Origin: the human T2T-CHM13v2.0 reference genome, Homo sapiens
DNA: 64,000 nucleotides
Direction: 5' to 3' (one strand)
NCBI RefSeq assembly: GCF_009914755.1
Contig: NC_060937.1
The notes beneath the pieces were generated by a model. The model made no database searches. It worked only from the letters and a program-made list of their open reading frames with translations, and was not told the origin of the DNA. Shown piece by piece: positions 62,511-64,000 of this stretch. The first letter of the stretch is position 1. Each line of letters opens with the position of its first letter. The position numbers and the translations under genes are program-made.

Positions 62511-63625
62511 TAACTCCTGTTTTAACCTTCCCCACATCTCATAATATAGCTCCAAAATTGTCCAATCACTTCAGTATAGCAATAAAACTTTCTCTACATC
62601 TGAAACCCACAGAGGCTAGGTGGATTCAAGAGCCTTTTCCTAATCACAATGTATACTCACGATTCCTCCAAACTTCATGTATTCTCACAGAACTTAACTG
62701 TTCCTCCAATTTGGCTGTTTAATGTCATCACAGGCATCCAAACTTAACATGATTCAATTTAGGTAAGTACATTAACAACTTTAGAGACTGGTAACTGCAA
62801 GTTTATAAAGCAGTTTTCAAAAATAAGTTCTACCTATTTCAGTCTGCTTGCTACTATAAAAAATTAAACTTTTTAAAAAGGTAAGATAAGCACTTGAGAT
62901 CATTAAAGAAAGTAATAGTAACAAATAAGAAACGTCACAATGACAATTTCTTACAAAATATGTCCAAAAAAGATCACAAGTTACAGGCCTCAAAGTACCT
63001 GTTATTGCATTTATAACTATTACAAGGAGCAACAAATAAACGACCGGCTGAAGTATATATTAATGCTATGTGGAATCTATAATCATTCAAACACTTTTCA
63101 TTTATAAGTGACTTCATTTAAGATTTTATAAATTTTTTTATCAACTTTTAAATTGCCTGTAAAATGGAAAATAAATAATTGCAGAATGTATGGAGCAGAG
63201 ATATACAGAACTCAAAAGTAGGCTAGAATTTACACTGACACACTATCTCCCGTAACTTCTTTTAAAATGGCTCTTTGAAACAAAAAACAAAATGAGGAAC
63301 TACTTATAATGCAATACATAACATCATAAAACAAGTTCCTCTGAAGTACTGGATTTAAACCAAGAAAGTATACTTAATACTAAGAAAGCCTCCAACAGCA
63401 GCATTAGCTGACTTCTAGAAAATAACTTCTACTAATGAGAATAAAGCAAACATACACATAGAGGAAGATGTTCATTGCAGAGTTATTTAAAAAGTCAAAA
63501 ACAGTGTACTAGTTGCGTTGTTAAAGAAAAAAAGAAACGGGAAAAAAAATAGTTATTTGGAAAGCCAAAGAAAAAAGCAAACAACCTAAATGACAAATAA
63601 GAACAGAATGGTTACATAAACTATA

Positions 63626-63714
63626 GTCTCTCATCCATGTACTAACCAAGCCTAATCCTGCTTGCCTTCCAAGTTAGATGAGATCAGGGGTGTTCAGAGT
63701 GGTATGGCCGTAGA
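63626..63714 (-). pseudogene. 5S rRNA pseudogene (RNA5SP type), first ~90 nt only, 3'-truncated
   Basis: Reverse complement reads TCTACGGCCATACCACTCTGAACACCCCTGATCTCATCTAACTTGGAAGGCAAGCAGGATTAGGCTTGGTTAGTACATGGATGAGAGAC, colinear with 5S rRNA GTCTACGGCCATACCACCCTGAACGCGCCCGATCTC... Confidence 0.93.
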
Positions 63715-64000
63715 TGATTTGGTCATGCAAAAACACTGGATTTCAGCCATTGTAACGGCATAAAAACTACATATTAACAGTAAAAGTTCAAGGATGGGAA
63801 ATGTAAAGAGGATTTTGCTTTTCAAGTCAAAGTCTTTTGGTAAGTTTTCCTTGACTACATACAGGAAGTACTTAAATAATTCAAGAAAATAAGCTTTTTT
63901 CCCCTAAAAAGTAATAATTACATCATAAATAAAGCACTATTTAAACAAAGTGCAATACACTCACATAATGGAATTCTATGGAACCACTGGAAAGAATAGG

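Overview
AT-rich primate (human-type) genomic DNA lying wholly inside one minus-strand gene, RBM26 (PWI, RS-rich, CCCH zinc finger, Pro-rich, RRM1, coiled coil, RG repeats, RRM2; a nuclear poly(A)-RNA/exosome-targeting factor). I rebuilt 19 coding exons (numbered 2-20) by hand. All have GT-AG boundaries and consistent phase, and together they cover about residues 24-940; exon 1 and the terminal exons lie outside the window. The introns hold 21 Alus, L1/L2/MIR/CR1 fragments, two solo LTRs, several Tigger and Charlie DNA-transposon fossils, and a 3'-truncated 5S rRNA pseudogene. Nearly all non-exonic ORF-track entries are Alu-derived or chance ORFs. I find no evidence of a new multi-gene system. 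The best leads, all hypotheses, are: a DGYNP peptide resembling the yeast Trf4 CTD-mimic motif next to an alternative splice acceptor; a duplicated SVK[ED]RLG motif whose copy number depends on a 72-nt exon; two candidate poison exons; Alu-flanked phase-0 exon blocks that could form stop-free circRNAs; and an inverted duplication in an AT-rich palindromic tract. Repeat subfamily names come from recalled consensus sequences and their boundaries are approximate.
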